Below are positions 44,369 to 55,039 of a stretch of 64,000 nt of DNA, one piece after another. The position numbers and the translations under genes were made by a program. Below the pieces are notes generated by a model that had not been told where the DNA came from, did no database searches, and saw only the letters and a program-made list of their open reading frames with translations. The DNA comes from a bacterium. Lineage in GTDB: Bacteria; UBA8248; JACPRG01; G963555815. The stretch is from positions 960,001 to 1,024,000 of the forward strand of contig OZ244653.1 in NCBI GenBank assembly GCA_965218795.1, given 5' to 3'. Position 1 is the stretch's first letter. Each line of letters begins with the position of its first letter.

Positions 44369-45328
44369 ATGTACGAAGGGGATCTTTGGCCCGCGTTGCG
44401 GGGGTACTGGCATCCGGTGGCCTTGTCGGAGGAGTTGTCGGACAGGCCCTTGGCCGTCCGGCTGTTGGGGGATCGGCTGGCGGTTTGTCGGCTCAACGGT
44501 GAGGCAGCGGCCTTCCATGATCTCTGTATTCATCGGGGGACCCCCATCTCTTTGGGTTGGGTGGAGGGCGGCCAGCTCGTCTGCGCGTACCACGGATGGT
44601 CGTACGACGGGGCGGGCAGGTGCACGCGGATTCCCTCGGTGCCGGCCGGGCACCCCATTCCGAAGAAGGCCTGTCTGACGGCGTATCCCGCGCAGGAGCG
44701 TCACGGCATGGTTTGGGTCTGCCTGTCGGAAACGCCGAGAGCGGAGGTTCCCGAGTTTCCCATGTTGGAGGACGACAGTTTCACCCAGGTGATTCGGGAC
44801 AAGCGCATCTGGAACTGCACGGCCGCCCGGGCCGTCGAGAACTTCCTCGACATCGCGCATCTGCCCTGGATCCATCACGGCATTCTGGCGGACCGCACAA
44901 AGCCCCGTACTCCGCCCATTCATTTGAAGCGGGAGGGCGACCGGCTCTTTTATGCCGTGGAGAACGTGCCGGACCAGACGCACGCCGTCTCGTACGAGCG
45001 GGTGTATGAGTTCCAGCGGCCGTTTTCCGTGCACCATGCCAAGCGCGAGCCGGACGGCAAGTCCGAGATCATCGTCTTCGTCGTCTCGCCGACCTCGGAG
45101 CGGGCGTGTACCCGGTTCACTTTTATCGGACGGAACTTCGAGGCGCCCGCGGGCGGGTCGAACATCGAGAATTTCGAAGAGGAGATCATCGAGCAGGACC
45201 GGGTGATTGTGGAGAACCAGCGGCCGGAGGAATTGCCGCTGGACCTGACCGAGGAGCTTCACGTCAAAGGGCCGGACGGCCCGGCGCTCGAGTACCGACG
45301 CATGATGCGGGATCTGGGCGTGGAGTGA
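44369..45328 (+). CDS. Rieske non-heme iron oxygenase (VanA-like) alpha subunit
   Basis: YWHPVA, CIHRG, CAYHGW, ENFLDIAHLPWIH, EQDRVIVENQ. Confidence 0.92.
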   Translation: MYEGDLWPALRGYWHPVALSEELSDRPLAVRLLGDRLAVCRLNGEAAAFHDLCIHRGTPISLGWVEGGQLVCAYHGWSYDGAGRCTRIPSVPAGHPIPKKACLTAYPAQERHGMVWVCLSETPRAEVPEFPMLEDDSFTQVIRDKRIWNCTAARAVENFLDIAHLPWIHHGILADRTKPRTPPIHLKREGDRLFYAVENVPDQTHAVSYERVYEFQRPFSVHHAKREPDGKSEIIVFVVSPTSERACTRFTFIGRNFEAPAGGSNIENFEEEIIEQDRVIVENQRPEELPLDLTEELHVKGPDGPALEYRRMMRDLGVE

Positions 45329-45534
45329 GGGGGGTCGAGGAGGCCAGGAGAGGGATCGACTGAAGACCGGCCTATAGGGAAAAATGGGCGGAGCAAGCTC
45401 CGCCCGCGGGGATACAGAGACGCTTCCCTACGAAATGCAAGAACGTCCGCGGATTGCTGGAAGGACAAGGACAAAGAAGGGCGGATTGAGAGCCCCATGC
45501 CGCGCGAAGAGACATCGTTCCAAGCACGACGAAT

Positions 45535-45756
45535 GAACAGGGGCGCATCGATTTGGCGCATTATGATTCCGACAAGTCACCGACAGGACGGGCCTTCGGA
45601 TACGCTCGGATTTGGCGCGCTTTGCGCCCAGGCGGAGTGCTCGTCTCCGATGATGTGCACAACAATCTGGCATTTGCCCGTTTTGCCGAGAAGGTCGGCC
45701 GGACGCCGGTCGTCGTTACATGGAACGGCAAGTATCATGGTATTTTGATAAGATGA
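45535..45756 (+). pseudogene. C-terminal fragment of a class I SAM methyltransferase
   Basis: IDLAHYDSDKS...LRPGGVLVSDDV; stop overlaps the next ATG. Confidence 0.6.
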
Positions 45757-46883
45757 GTGTCTCCCGAACATCTCACTCCATGACGATGTCTCGACGCGTG
45801 CTGTTCCCATTCGTCGGCGACACCGTCGGCGGCAGCCATGTCTCGACGCTGGCTCTGGTCGAAGGGATCGACCGGGCTCGATTCGAACCGGTGGTCGCCG
45901 TGCACGAGAAGGGGCTCTTGCAACCCTACATGGCAAGCCAGGGATACTCCTTCATACAGGCGCCAGCCTTGCCCTCCGAGTCGGTCGGACGAGGCTTGGT
46001 CCGAGAGATGGTCGCCGTACTTTCTGGCCTCCCCCGCCTAGTCCGATTCATACGCTGGTTGCGAATCGACATCGTGCATACGAACGACCATCGGATGCAT
46101 GTCTTCTGGATGCTCGCGGCGAAGCTTGCAGGTGCCAAGCTCGTTTGGCACGTGAGAAGTCCGGGCATATCACGCCGGTTCCGGCTCTATTCCCGGCTGG
46201 CCGACGCGATACTCACGGTCTCGAACCACAGCCGAGACCTGCTCGCACCTAATGTGGCAATCAGGCCGCAAGTAGTGCGGAATCCGTTTCGCGCGCCGCC
46301 CTCGGTAGAGGATAGTGAGAAGTGTAGACAGAAGCTCCCGGCGTTGAGGACGGTCGTCGGATTCGTGGCGAACTTCACACATCAGAAACGGCCGCTTGTG
46401 TTCGTCGAGACGGCAGCCCTGCTGCGCGACCGCTTCGGGGATGGACTCTTGTTCCCGATGTTCGGCGATACGCGTGACATGAAACACAAAGTCGAGGCAA
46501 AAATCGCAGAGCATGACCTGACCTCCCAATGCCTGCTCATGGGGCCGTGTTTTCCTATCGAGCCGTGGCTCATGTGCTGCGACGTGCTGGTAGCTCCGGC
46601 CGTGAACGAAGCCTACGGACGAACGTTGGTCGAGGCGATGCTCTGCGGCACGCCGGTTGTGGCGACCGACGAAGGCGGCCACAGGGAGATCGTTCGCAAC
46701 GGCGAGACCGGACTTCTCGTATCGCCGGACGACCCAGCATCGTTCGCAGATGCTGTCGCCTTGCTTCTTGAACAACCGATCACTGCGCAAGCCATGGCCA
46801 TCAGGGCCAAGACGTCAGCGGCATACCCTATAGACGCCCATGCGCTAGATATCGAACAGATCTATGACGCGCTCTTGCAATGA
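45753..46883 (+). CDS. GT4 family glycosyltransferase
   Basis: DIVHTN, QKRP, EAYGRTLVEAMLCGTPVVA, EIVRNGETGLLV. Confidence 0.9.
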   Translation: MSVSRTSHSMTMSRRVLFPFVGDTVGGSHVSTLALVEGIDRARFEPVVAVHEKGLLQPYMASQGYSFIQAPALPSESVGRGLVREMVAVLSGLPRLVRFIRWLRIDIVHTNDHRMHVFWMLAAKLAGAKLVWHVRSPGISRRFRLYSRLADAILTVSNHSRDLLAPNVAIRPQVVRNPFRAPPSVEDSEKCRQKLPALRTVVGFVANFTHQKRPLVFVETAALLRDRFGDGLLFPMFGDTRDMKHKVEAKIAEHDLTSQCLLMGPCFPIEPWLMCCDVLVAPAVNEAYGRTLVEAMLCGTPVVATDEGGHREIVRNGETGLLVSPDDPASFADAVALLLEQPITAQAMAIRAKTSAAYPIDAHALDIEQIYDALLQ

Positions 46884-47074
46884 ACGGAAGAAACGACAAC
46901 ATTCAAAACGGAGCTTGGATGACACGGGCGGGTTTCAGTCGGTGGCTGTCCGTACCGGTCCTCAGTATCTGATATCAGAAACGGAAATACGGCGATTTTC
47001 CCAAACAGCGATTGAGAAAAAGCGGTTCTGCTCCAAGAGGGCGGCCTGGCAAGCCGCCTTCTTGGAGCGAAACG

Positions 47075-47125
47075 AAAGTTTTTGAGGGGAGTCTGAGGGG
47101 ACAATTTTCAAAATGTCCCCTCAGA
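47075..47125. repeat. Short palindromic module related to the dispersed repeat, between convergent genes
   Basis: CTGAGGGGACAATTTTCAAAATGTCCCCTCAG. Confidence 0.55.
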
Positions 47126-47136
47126 AGTATTCGAAC

Positions 47137-48120
47137 TCACACGGTCACGCCTTCCATCACCTTCTTGACCGCGGCGACGATCTTCTCCTCGTTGGGAAGG
47201 ATGTAATCTTCGAGCGGCGGGCTGAAGGGAATGGGCGCGTCGTGAGCCGCCACCCGGCCGATGGGCGCGTCCAGGTAATCGAACGCCTCCTCGTTGATCA
47301 CCGCGGTGATCTCCGCCCCGACGCCGCCCGTCTTGCAGCCTTCCTCGACGATCACCACCCGGTTGGTTTTCTGAACCGCCTCGGCGATGCCCGCCTTGTC
47401 CAGAGGGACCAGCGTGCGGGGGTCCAGCACCATGGCGTTGATGCCTTCCTGCGCCAGGGTCTCGGCGGCGGCCAGGGCCTTGCTGACCATGAAGGACAGG
47501 GCGATGATGCACACGTCCGTCCCGTCCCGCTTGACGTCGGCCTGACCGAGAGGAATGGCGTACTCTTCCTCCGGCACGGGCCCTTTCACCTTGTAAAGCA
47601 TCTTGTGCTCGAAGAAGGCCACGGGGTTCGGGTCGCGGATGGCGCTCTTGAGCAGCCCCTTGCCGTCCCCGGGATCGGAGGGCATCACCACCTTCAGCCC
47701 CGGAGCGTGGATCAGCAGGGCCTCGAGGCTCTGGCTGTGCGTCGCGCCGAAATTCAGCCCGCCGCCTCCCGGCAGCCGGATGACCATCGGAACGGAAAGC
47801 TGCCCGCCGAACATGTAGCGGGTCTTGGCGGCCTGGTTGAAGATCTGGTCCATGCAGACGAACATGAAGTCGCTGAACTGGAGCTCGGGCACCGGCTTCA
47901 TCCCCATCAGGGCCGCCCCGACGGAAGCCCCGATGATGGCCGCTTCGCTGATCGGCGTGTCCCGGACGCGGTCCGGTCCGAACTCATCCTGCAGCCCTCG
48001 CGTCACCGACCACACGTAAGCCAGCGCGACGTCCTCGCCGAGACAGAAGACCTTATCGTCGCGCTGCATCTCCTCCCGCAAGGCCTCGTTCAGCGCCTCC
48101 CACATCATCATCTCGCGCAT
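47137..48120 (-). CDS. 2-oxoacid/acetoin dehydrogenase E1 beta subunit
   Basis: RVRDTPISE, DQIFNQAAK, ATHSQS, FFEHKMLY. Confidence 0.92.
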   Translation of the reverse strand: MREMMMWEALNEALREEMQRDDKVFCLGEDVALAYVWSVTRGLQDEFGPDRVRDTPISEAAIIGASVGAALMGMKPVPELQFSDFMFVCMDQIFNQAAKTRYMFGGQLSVPMVIRLPGGGGLNFGATHSQSLEALLIHAPGLKVVMPSDPGDGKGLLKSAIRDPNPVAFFEHKMLYKVKGPVPEEEYAIPLGQADVKRDGTDVCIIALSFMVSKALAAAETLAQEGINAMVLDPRTLVPLDKAGIAEAVQKTNRVVIVEEGCKTGGVGAEITAVINEEAFDYLDAPIGRVAAHDAPIPFSPPLEDYILPNEEKIVAAVKKVMEGVTV

Positions 48121-48130
48121 GACGGCTCCT

Positions 48131-49129
48131 TTAGGCGTAAATGTCTTCCAGCGCTTCTTCGGGCGCCGGGAAATCGCTGGCCAGGGCGAAGGCGACGGCC
48201 TCCTGAATGACGGCGCCAGCGTTCGCGTTCGCTTCTTCGACCTGTTTCTTCGTCATTTTCAGATGTTTCTCCAACCGGAGCACCGCGTCTTTCTTCATCC
48301 AGGATTCGAGCTCGTCCTTGCTCCGGTACACGCCCGCGGGGGGATCGCCTCGTGAATGGCCGCGGAACCGGTAGGTCTTCATCTCCAGCAGGGAAGGCCC
48401 TTTCCCCGCGCGGGCCCGGGCCACCGCCTCGCGGACCGCCTCGTTGACGGCCAGGACGTCCATTCCGTCCACGACGACGCCCGGTATGTCGTAGCCCCTC
48501 GCCCGATCGGCGATATCGGCCACGGCCGTGCTGCGCTCCGCCGATAAGCTGACGGCGTACCCGTTGTTCTCGCATGCGTAGATCACCGGAAGCTTCCAGA
48601 TGGCGGACATATTGACGCCCTCGTGGAAGGTGCCCTGGTTGGAGGCGCCGTCCCCAAAGAAGGCCACGCAGACGTTGGGCTTTTTCTGGATGCTGAAGGC
48701 GAGGCCGACGCCCGTTGCGATGACGAGATTGGCCCCCACGATGGGATTGGCGCCGTACAGACCTTTGGGCAGATCGGCGATATGCATGGAGCCGCCCTTG
48801 CCTTTGCAGAGCCCCGTCTTGCGGCCGAGCAGTTCGGCCATCATGGCCTTGGGATCGCTCCCTTTGGCGATGGCCGTACCGTGCCCGCGGTGCGTAGCGA
48901 GGACAACGTCGTCATCGGTCAGGTTGGCGCACACGCCCATGCTCGTGGCCTCCTGCCCGATACTGGTATGAACCGTCCCCCGGACGTGGCCCTCCTGGAA
49001 AAGCTTGTCGGCCATTTCATCAAACTTGCGGATGATGAGCATCGTCTCGTGCCAACGGAGTAACGTGGCCTTATCGACAGCGGACCTCCGCGCTCCATTG
49101 GTCTTCTTCGCTGCGGCTCGTTTTGCCAT
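48131..49129 (-). CDS. TPP-dependent dehydrogenase E1 alpha subunit
   Basis: GQEA, THRGHG, GKGGSMH, FFGDGASNQG..ENNGY, TYRFRGHS. Confidence 0.93.
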   Translation of the reverse strand: MAKRAAAKKTNGARRSAVDKATLLRWHETMLIIRKFDEMADKLFQEGHVRGTVHTSIGQEATSMGVCANLTDDDVVLATHRGHGTAIAKGSDPKAMMAELLGRKTGLCKGKGGSMHIADLPKGLYGANPIVGANLVIATGVGLAFSIQKKPNVCVAFFGDGASNQGTFHEGVNMSAIWKLPVIYACENNGYAVSLSAERSTAVADIADRARGYDIPGVVVDGMDVLAVNEAVREAVARARAGKGPSLLEMKTYRFRGHSRGDPPAGVYRSKDELESWMKKDAVLRLEKHLKMTKKQVEEANANAGAVIQEAVAFALASDFPAPEEALEDIYA

Positions 49130-49184
49130 TTGAACAACGCCCTTTCCTGAACGAGAGAACATCCCGGCGCGGCCGGGAGAGACT

Positions 49185-49690
49185 GATTCGCGTAAGGGTT
49201 CGGCTGCTGCTCCGTCAGGTCCATCCAGACGGTCTTGGTCTGGGTGTACATGTCCCTGACCTCCCGCCCGTTCTCGCGGCCGTATCCACTCATCTTATAT
49301 CCGCCAAAGGGGGCGGCCCTGTGAATCTTCCGGTAGCAGTTGATCCGGACGGTCCCCGCCTTGATGCGGCGCGCTTCAGGTCCCGGGTCCAGACGCCGCC
49401 GGCGAGTCCATACTTGACGGAATGGGCCGGCTCCACCAGATCGTCCGCGGCGGAGAACTTGAACGCGGAGATGACCGGCCCGAAGATCTCCTCCTGCTCG
49501 ATGCGCATGCCGTGCTCCACGCTGGAGAACAACGTCGGCGCAAAGAGAAATCCCTTGGAGAGGCCGGGACCTTCCTGCGAGCCGCCCCCCGTCAGGATCT
49601 CCGCACCCTTTCGCCGCCGATGAACAGCTTGTCAAACGTTTGAACTTCGGCTGCGACCCCTGTCGCGCCGGTCATGCGGGATCTCCTCAT
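49185..49690 (-). pseudogene. Aldehyde dehydrogenase C-terminal remnant
   Basis: MRIEQEEIFGPVI, YGLAGGVWTRD, PFGGYKMSGYGRENG in shifted frames. Confidence 0.8.
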
Positions 49691-49978
49691 GAACTCGCTG
49701 GATCGATTTGGGCGCTCCCATTCTAGCAAAAAATGCGGTCCCGCGAGTCTGGTTCCGTTTCCATCCGAGCCTCATCGTTTCGATCCTCCGGTTGCCGCCC
49801 CTTTCAGGAATCTGTTAGTTTGGAACTGTTCCTCATCTGGAAATTCGAAAAATTTCAAGGCGGCCTGTGGTCCTGAACAGGGTCCACTCCGTTACCGGCG
49901 GAGCGGCGAAGCCCCCGCTTTTGGGCGGACCCGTAAAAGTTTGAGTTCCGTTCACAATGAAAGAAAGGAGAGCGTCCG

Positions 49979-50764
49979 ATGGATTTGGGATTGAAGGGAA
50001 AAAACGCAGCCGTCTCGGGTGCCAGTCAGGGGATCGGCTACTCCATCGCCCTGGCGCTGGCCGATGAGGGATGCAACGTCGCCATTTCCGCCAGAGGGGA
50101 AGAACGGCTGAATCAAGCGGTTCAGGATATCGAAGCCAAGGGCGCCAAAGGCGTCGGCATCCAGTGCGATATGGCCACCGCCGAAGGGGCCGGGAAGTTT
50201 ATCGAGGATGCGGTCGCCCAGCTTGGCGGGCTGGACATTCTGGTCAACAACGTGGGGGGCATGATCCCGGGAACCATCGACACTCTGTCGGATGACCAGT
50301 GGACCGATATCATCAACCGCAACCTGATGGCCTATGTGTGGACGACGCGGGCGGCCATCCCGCACCTGAAGAACGCTTCGGCCGGCCGGATCCTGAACGT
50401 ATCCGGCATGACGGGGAAACAACTCCTTCCCGGCGCCCTGACCACGACCTTGCCGAATACCTCCATCATCGGCTTCACGAAGGTCATGGCCGGCGACCTG
50501 GGCAAGGAGGGAATCACCGTCAACAACATCTGCCCGGGCATCGTGAACACCGAGTCCTGGGGACCGCGGGCCGAGATGATGGCCAAGGTCCGGAACATGA
50601 CCGTCGACCAGGTCCGCCAGATGTTTTCCGACTTCACGCTCCTGGGCCGCTGGGCCGAGCCGGAGGAGATTGGAACGGTGGCGGCCTTCCTGGTCTCCGA
50701 AAAGAACAGCTACATGACGGGTACGACCGTCGAGGTCTGCGGAGGCTGGTCGCGTTACATCTGA
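49979..50764 (+). CDS. SDR family oxidoreductase (atypical: no YxxxK)
   Basis: SGASQGIG, DILVNNVG, VNNICPG, GRWAEPEEIG. Confidence 0.88.
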   Translation: MDLGLKGKNAAVSGASQGIGYSIALALADEGCNVAISARGEERLNQAVQDIEAKGAKGVGIQCDMATAEGAGKFIEDAVAQLGGLDILVNNVGGMIPGTIDTLSDDQWTDIINRNLMAYVWTTRAAIPHLKNASAGRILNVSGMTGKQLLPGALTTTLPNTSIIGFTKVMAGDLGKEGITVNNICPGIVNTESWGPRAEMMAKVRNMTVDQVRQMFSDFTLLGRWAEPEEIGTVAAFLVSEKNSYMTGTTVEVCGGWSRYI

Positions 50765-50846
50765 GAGAACGCCGATCCCGGCTGATCCCGGAGCCTCCCC
50801 GAAGAAACCCCGACGGAGGAGCCGGGCGTCCCCAACCCATGCGAGG

Positions 50847-51830
50847 ATGATGATGAAGATCGATATCCAGTGTCATTACTACCCCGATGAGCTCATCAAG
50901 AAGCTCCTGGAGCGGGACACGCCGCCCCGGGCCTTCAAGAAGAACGGCCAGACGATCCTCATGGCCACCGAGCACACCAAACTCCCGGCCCTCCCCCACT
51001 TCAGCGACCTGGACGACAAGCTCCAGGCCATGGACGAGGCCGGGGTGGATGTCCAGGTTCTGAGCCTCAACGTCCCCGGGCCGGAACTGGCCGGCGGCCA
51101 GGAGGCCGACGACCTGGCCGAACTGGCCCATGACTGCCTGGCGGAGATCACCCGGAAGCGCCCCGACAGGTTTTGGGGGATGGCCACCCTGGGCCTGGGC
51201 GACATGGACCGTTCCCTCAAAGAGCTGGACCGCTGCCTGAACGATCTGGGCTTCAAGGCCGTCCAGGTCTACTCCAACCTGCGGGGCGCCCCTCTGGACG
51301 ACCCCTTCTTCCATCCCCTGTACGAGCGGTGCGCCGAGCTCGATCTGCCCATCTTCCTGCACCCCACGGCTCCGGCCCTGTCCGAGGCCCCCATGGCGGA
51401 TTACGGACTGATTCCCATCGTGGGCTTCTTGTTCGACACCACCCTGGCCGCCCTGCGCCTGATCATGAGCGGGACCTTGAACAAGTATCCCAACGTCCGG
51501 TTCGTCCTTCCCCACGTGGGCAGCACCATTCCGTACCTGATCGGCCGAATCGACTACCTGACCGGCCTCATGCCCGGCGGACGGGAGCACATCGAGGACC
51601 GTCCGCCCAGCGAGTTCTTCAAGCAGCTCTATTTTGACGTCGTATCCTCGTACCAGCCGGCCATCGATTACTTCTACCGGGAGTACGGGGCGGACCACCT
51701 CCTGTTCGGGAGCGACTATCCCTGGGTGCGGATCGATTCCTGCGTGGACCTCGTGGAAAACCTTTCCGCTTCCGGCGAGGAGAAGGAGAATATCTACTCG
51801 AAAACCGCCCTGAATATTTTGAAGGGGTAA
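50847..51830 (+). CDS. Amidohydrolase_2 (ACMSD-like decarboxylase/hydratase)
   Basis: IDIQCH, LPIFLHP, VLPHVG, LLFGSDYP. Confidence 0.88.
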   Translation: MMMKIDIQCHYYPDELIKKLLERDTPPRAFKKNGQTILMATEHTKLPALPHFSDLDDKLQAMDEAGVDVQVLSLNVPGPELAGGQEADDLAELAHDCLAEITRKRPDRFWGMATLGLGDMDRSLKELDRCLNDLGFKAVQVYSNLRGAPLDDPFFHPLYERCAELDLPIFLHPTAPALSEAPMADYGLIPIVGFLFDTTLAALRLIMSGTLNKYPNVRFVLPHVGSTIPYLIGRIDYLTGLMPGGREHIEDRPPSEFFKQLYFDVVSSYQPAIDYFYREYGADHLLFGSDYPWVRIDSCVDLVENLSASGEEKENIYSKTALNILKG

Positions 51831-51889
51831 GGGCGAACGGAATGCAGGAGAACATTTCCGAAAATGCTGGAGGAGGGCATCTTCATTGA

Positions 51890-52322
51890 TTCAACGCTTG
51901 TGCCCGGCGAGAACGATGCAGGCTGAGGAAATTTTTCCGGGGGGCGCTTTTTGAAAAGCGCACCCCCCAGCAAAACTTTTCATTCGCGATGGCGTGCTTC
52001 GCACGCCATCGCAACAACTTCCATTTTCAAGATGCGGGAGCATCCCGCAGGGATGCGCGCATCCGGCACAGAGAAGTCCACGTTCCGCGCTGCAAGAGCA
52101 CACAGTCAGCCGGAATTCCCCTTACCGCGAGCAAGCCGGACCTTGGGCCCGGCCGTCAGAAGTTTTCGAGGGGGCGCTGGGGGAAGACACACTGTGTCAG
52201 TTCTCAGCGTTCGCATGCCTGGCGATGAGGCCATCGTAAGGCAATGCGCCACAAAGATTCTGATTCAGAGACAAATCCTCATCCGCGAAACAGCCGGCGC
52301 GCAAGCGTCCAACCAACCCCAA
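51890..52322 (-). repeat. ~400-bp modular dispersed repeat, copy 2
   Basis: Reverse complement aligns with 43915-44298, e.g. GTTGTTGCGATGGCGTGCGAAGCACG and GAATGAAAAGTTTTGC. Confidence 0.8.
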
Positions 52323-52338
52323 AGAGAATCTTTCTGAA

Positions 52339-54576
52339 TTACCCGCTGTTTCTCAAAACCGACAGTATCCTTTCGGGCATAACGGGGATATCCGTAATAC
52401 GCGCGCCGATGGCGTCGCTGATGGCGTTGGTGATGGCCGCGGGCGAAGCGTTGCAGGGGGGTTCACCGATGCCGCGCGCGCCTTTGGGCCCCATGCCTTC
52501 CCCCGACTCGGTGACGATGGTTCCCCAATCGCCGATATCCAGGGCCGTCGGGATCAGATAATCATGGAGGACCGGGTTGGCCATTCGGCCGTCTTCCATG
52601 ATGACCTCCTCGGTCAGAGCGTAACCGATGCCCATCACCGCGCCGCCTTCGATTTGGCCCTCGACGCTGACCGGATTGATGGCCGTCCCCACGTCGTGCG
52701 AGGCGACGAACTTCAACAGTTCGACCTCGCCGGTCGTCTCATCCACCATCACTTCCGCCGCGTGGACCCCCCAGGTGTAATCCGTCCAGCCCGCGAAGCC
52801 GTTGTACCGGTCGGCGCCCGCGTAGCCCAGGTCGGGGGTCTTGTATGAGCCCGTCGCCGCAATCGGCAGCCCTTTGGCCTGGGCGCGGACCACGGTCTCG
52901 GCGATCGGGACACCCTTGTCCGGCGCGGAGGACACGCGGATCCAGCCGTCCGCCATCGTCAGATCATCCCGGCGGGCCTCCAGCATCTCCGCGGCCGCTT
53001 CCTGAAGCGACCCCCGGACGATCTCCGAAGCGTGCTGCAGCGCCCGGCCTGACATCATCGTCTGCCGGCTGGAGGCCGTGTACCCGACCAGCGGCGTCGT
53101 GGCCGAATCCGAATTCAGGATGGAGACCTTCTCGAGGGGCAGGCCCAGCTCGTCGGCCACCACCTGGCAGGCGGTCGATGTTTGGCCCGCGCCCAGGTCG
53201 GACACACCGACGCGGATGAGGGCCGAGCCGTCCACGTCCATCCCGACAAAGCCCTCGGATGCGCTGAACGGCCGTCCGTAGCCCGTCATGTTCGCGGCGT
53301 ACCCCCGGCCGACGCGCTTCCCCGGCGGGGCCGGCGTATGGGGTCCCAGAACCTTTTCGACCTCATCGGTGAGCCGGGCGAGATCGACGTGACGTTCCAG
53401 CCGTTGCCCGACGGAGAGCCGATCCCCCGTTCTCAGATAGTTTTTCCTTCGCACCGCAAGGGGATCCATCCCCAGGGCCTTGGCGACCTCGTCGATCTGG
53501 CCTTCCACGGCGAAGGTGATCTGGTTGCATCCGACCCCGCGCATGGCGTCGGAAAACGGCCGGTTCGTGACCGCCCCGTGAACGCGGGCGCGGACGTTTT
53601 CAACGTTGTACGACCCTTGCGCCAGGACCATGGCCCCCATCGTAATGATGCCCGTATTCGTTCGGTAAGCGCCGGCGTCGGCCGTCACCTCCACGTCCAT
53701 GGCCGTGAGGGTTCCGTTTTTTTTCGCGCCCGTGCGGTACTTCATGACGAAGGGGTGCTTCTTGGAGCCGCCGAGCAGGGTGTCCTCCCGCGTCAGGACC
53801 AGCCGGACGGGCTTGCCCGTCGCCTGCGCCAGCAAGGCCAGCCACGTCGCGACGAGCGGCTGCTCCTTGCCGCCGAACCCGCCCCCCACCATCGGGCTCT
53901 GGATTCGCACCCTGCCCGCCGGAACGCCAAGCACCTTGGCCACCGACCGATAGTTCTCGAGGAGTTGGGTCGGCCAGCGGACGTTGATCACGCCGGTCGA
54001 ATCGATCCAGGCCACGCCGGCCTCGGGCTCGATGAAGCAGTGGTCCGCCTGCCGGGTCGTATAGGTACGTTCGACGACGATGTCGGCATCGGCCAGGGCC
54101 GCCTCCGGGTCTCCCCGCGTCAGCGAGAACTTGCCGACCTCGGCTTCGGGCTGCCGGGAAATGGCTTCGTCGGGATCGTAGACCCCGGGCTCCGGACGGA
54201 GCCGGGGCGCGAGAGCATCGGCGGCGGCCTGCGCGGCATCCGGGGAATCGGCGGCGAGGAGGGCGATGGCGTCCCCGGCGGACCGGATATACCCGCTGGC
54301 AAGAACGGGAAAATCATCACCGTGGGCTTGATTGGCGCCCGGGACATCCTCGGCGGTCAGGACCGTGCGAACTCCGGGCAGGTTGCGGGCGGATTTAACG
54401 TCCATGGCGTCGAGGACGACCGATGCGACCCCGCTGCGGACAACCCTTCCGTACAGACATCCCGGGATGTCGAAGTCATCCGCGAACAGCGTCCCGCCCA
54501 CGGCCTTTTCAACAGCGTCCGCGCGCGATACCGACTGCCCCACCATCTTCCAGGAGTCTCGCGTTTCAACCGTCAC
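52339..54576 (-). CDS. Xanthine/nicotinate dehydrogenase-family molybdopterin-binding subunit (intact)
   Basis: VGGGFGGK, KKHP, AMRGVG, DLGAG, TASSR, EGQIEGG, ARGIGEPP. Confidence 0.92.
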   Translation of the reverse strand: MTVETRDSWKMVGQSVSRADAVEKAVGGTLFADDFDIPGCLYGRVVRSGVASVVLDAMDVKSARNLPGVRTVLTAEDVPGANQAHGDDFPVLASGYIRSAGDAIALLAADSPDAAQAAADALAPRLRPEPGVYDPDEAISRQPEAEVGKFSLTRGDPEAALADADIVVERTYTTRQADHCFIEPEAGVAWIDSTGVINVRWPTQLLENYRSVAKVLGVPAGRVRIQSPMVGGGFGGKEQPLVATWLALLAQATGKPVRLVLTREDTLLGGSKKHPFVMKYRTGAKKNGTLTAMDVEVTADAGAYRTNTGIITMGAMVLAQGSYNVENVRARVHGAVTNRPFSDAMRGVGCNQITFAVEGQIDEVAKALGMDPLAVRRKNYLRTGDRLSVGQRLERHVDLARLTDEVEKVLGPHTPAPPGKRVGRGYAANMTGYGRPFSASEGFVGMDVDGSALIRVGVSDLGAGQTSTACQVVADELGLPLEKVSILNSDSATTPLVGYTASSRQTMMSGRALQHASEIVRGSLQEAAAEMLEARRDDLTMADGWIRVSSAPDKGVPIAETVVRAQAKGLPIAATGSYKTPDLGYAGADRYNGFAGWTDYTWGVHAAEVMVDETTGEVELLKFVASHDVGTAINPVSVEGQIEGGAVMGIGYALTEEVIMEDGRMANPVLHDYLIPTALDIGDWGTIVTESGEGMGPKGARGIGEPPCNASPAAITNAISDAIGARITDIPVMPERILSVLRNSG

Positions 54577-54809
54577 CGCGGCTTCCTTCCCGGTACGTCA
54601 GGGTGGGCAAAAGCTCCACCCGAGCCCGCCGAGGTCGTTCCCGGCTGCTCACAATCCATTGTCAAACGCAGGAACCATGGCCTTTTCAGTTTACGAAATC
54701 TCCTGATCCAACTCAACAATCCGGGAAGGTTTTCGGGGAGGAGGAGGAATCCATGTGTCAAAGCAGGGGGAGAGCCCATCCCCGGAGCGCACATGCTTGA
54801 TCGCTGGTC

Positions 54810-54950
54810 TCCTGGATTCCTGCCTGCGCAGGAATGACGGGCTGGGGGCGCCGCGGGAATGATGAATTGAGGGATCTGCGTTGCTCTATTCGGTCATTCC
54901 TGCCCCTGTCGGATACATGCAGGGGCGGGCCCTCGACCCGATCAGGCGCG
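54810..54950. repeat. REP-like palindrome cluster
   Basis: CTGGATTCCTGCCTGCGCAGGAATGAC, then GTCATTCCTGCCCC. Confidence 0.7.
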
Positions 54951-55039
54951 TGATTCCGGGATGCGCGGTGTTTGCCAGCTTCTATGGGAACCCGGCCCAC
55001 TCCGAATTAGACCGATTCCCGGCGAAATTGAAAAAAGCG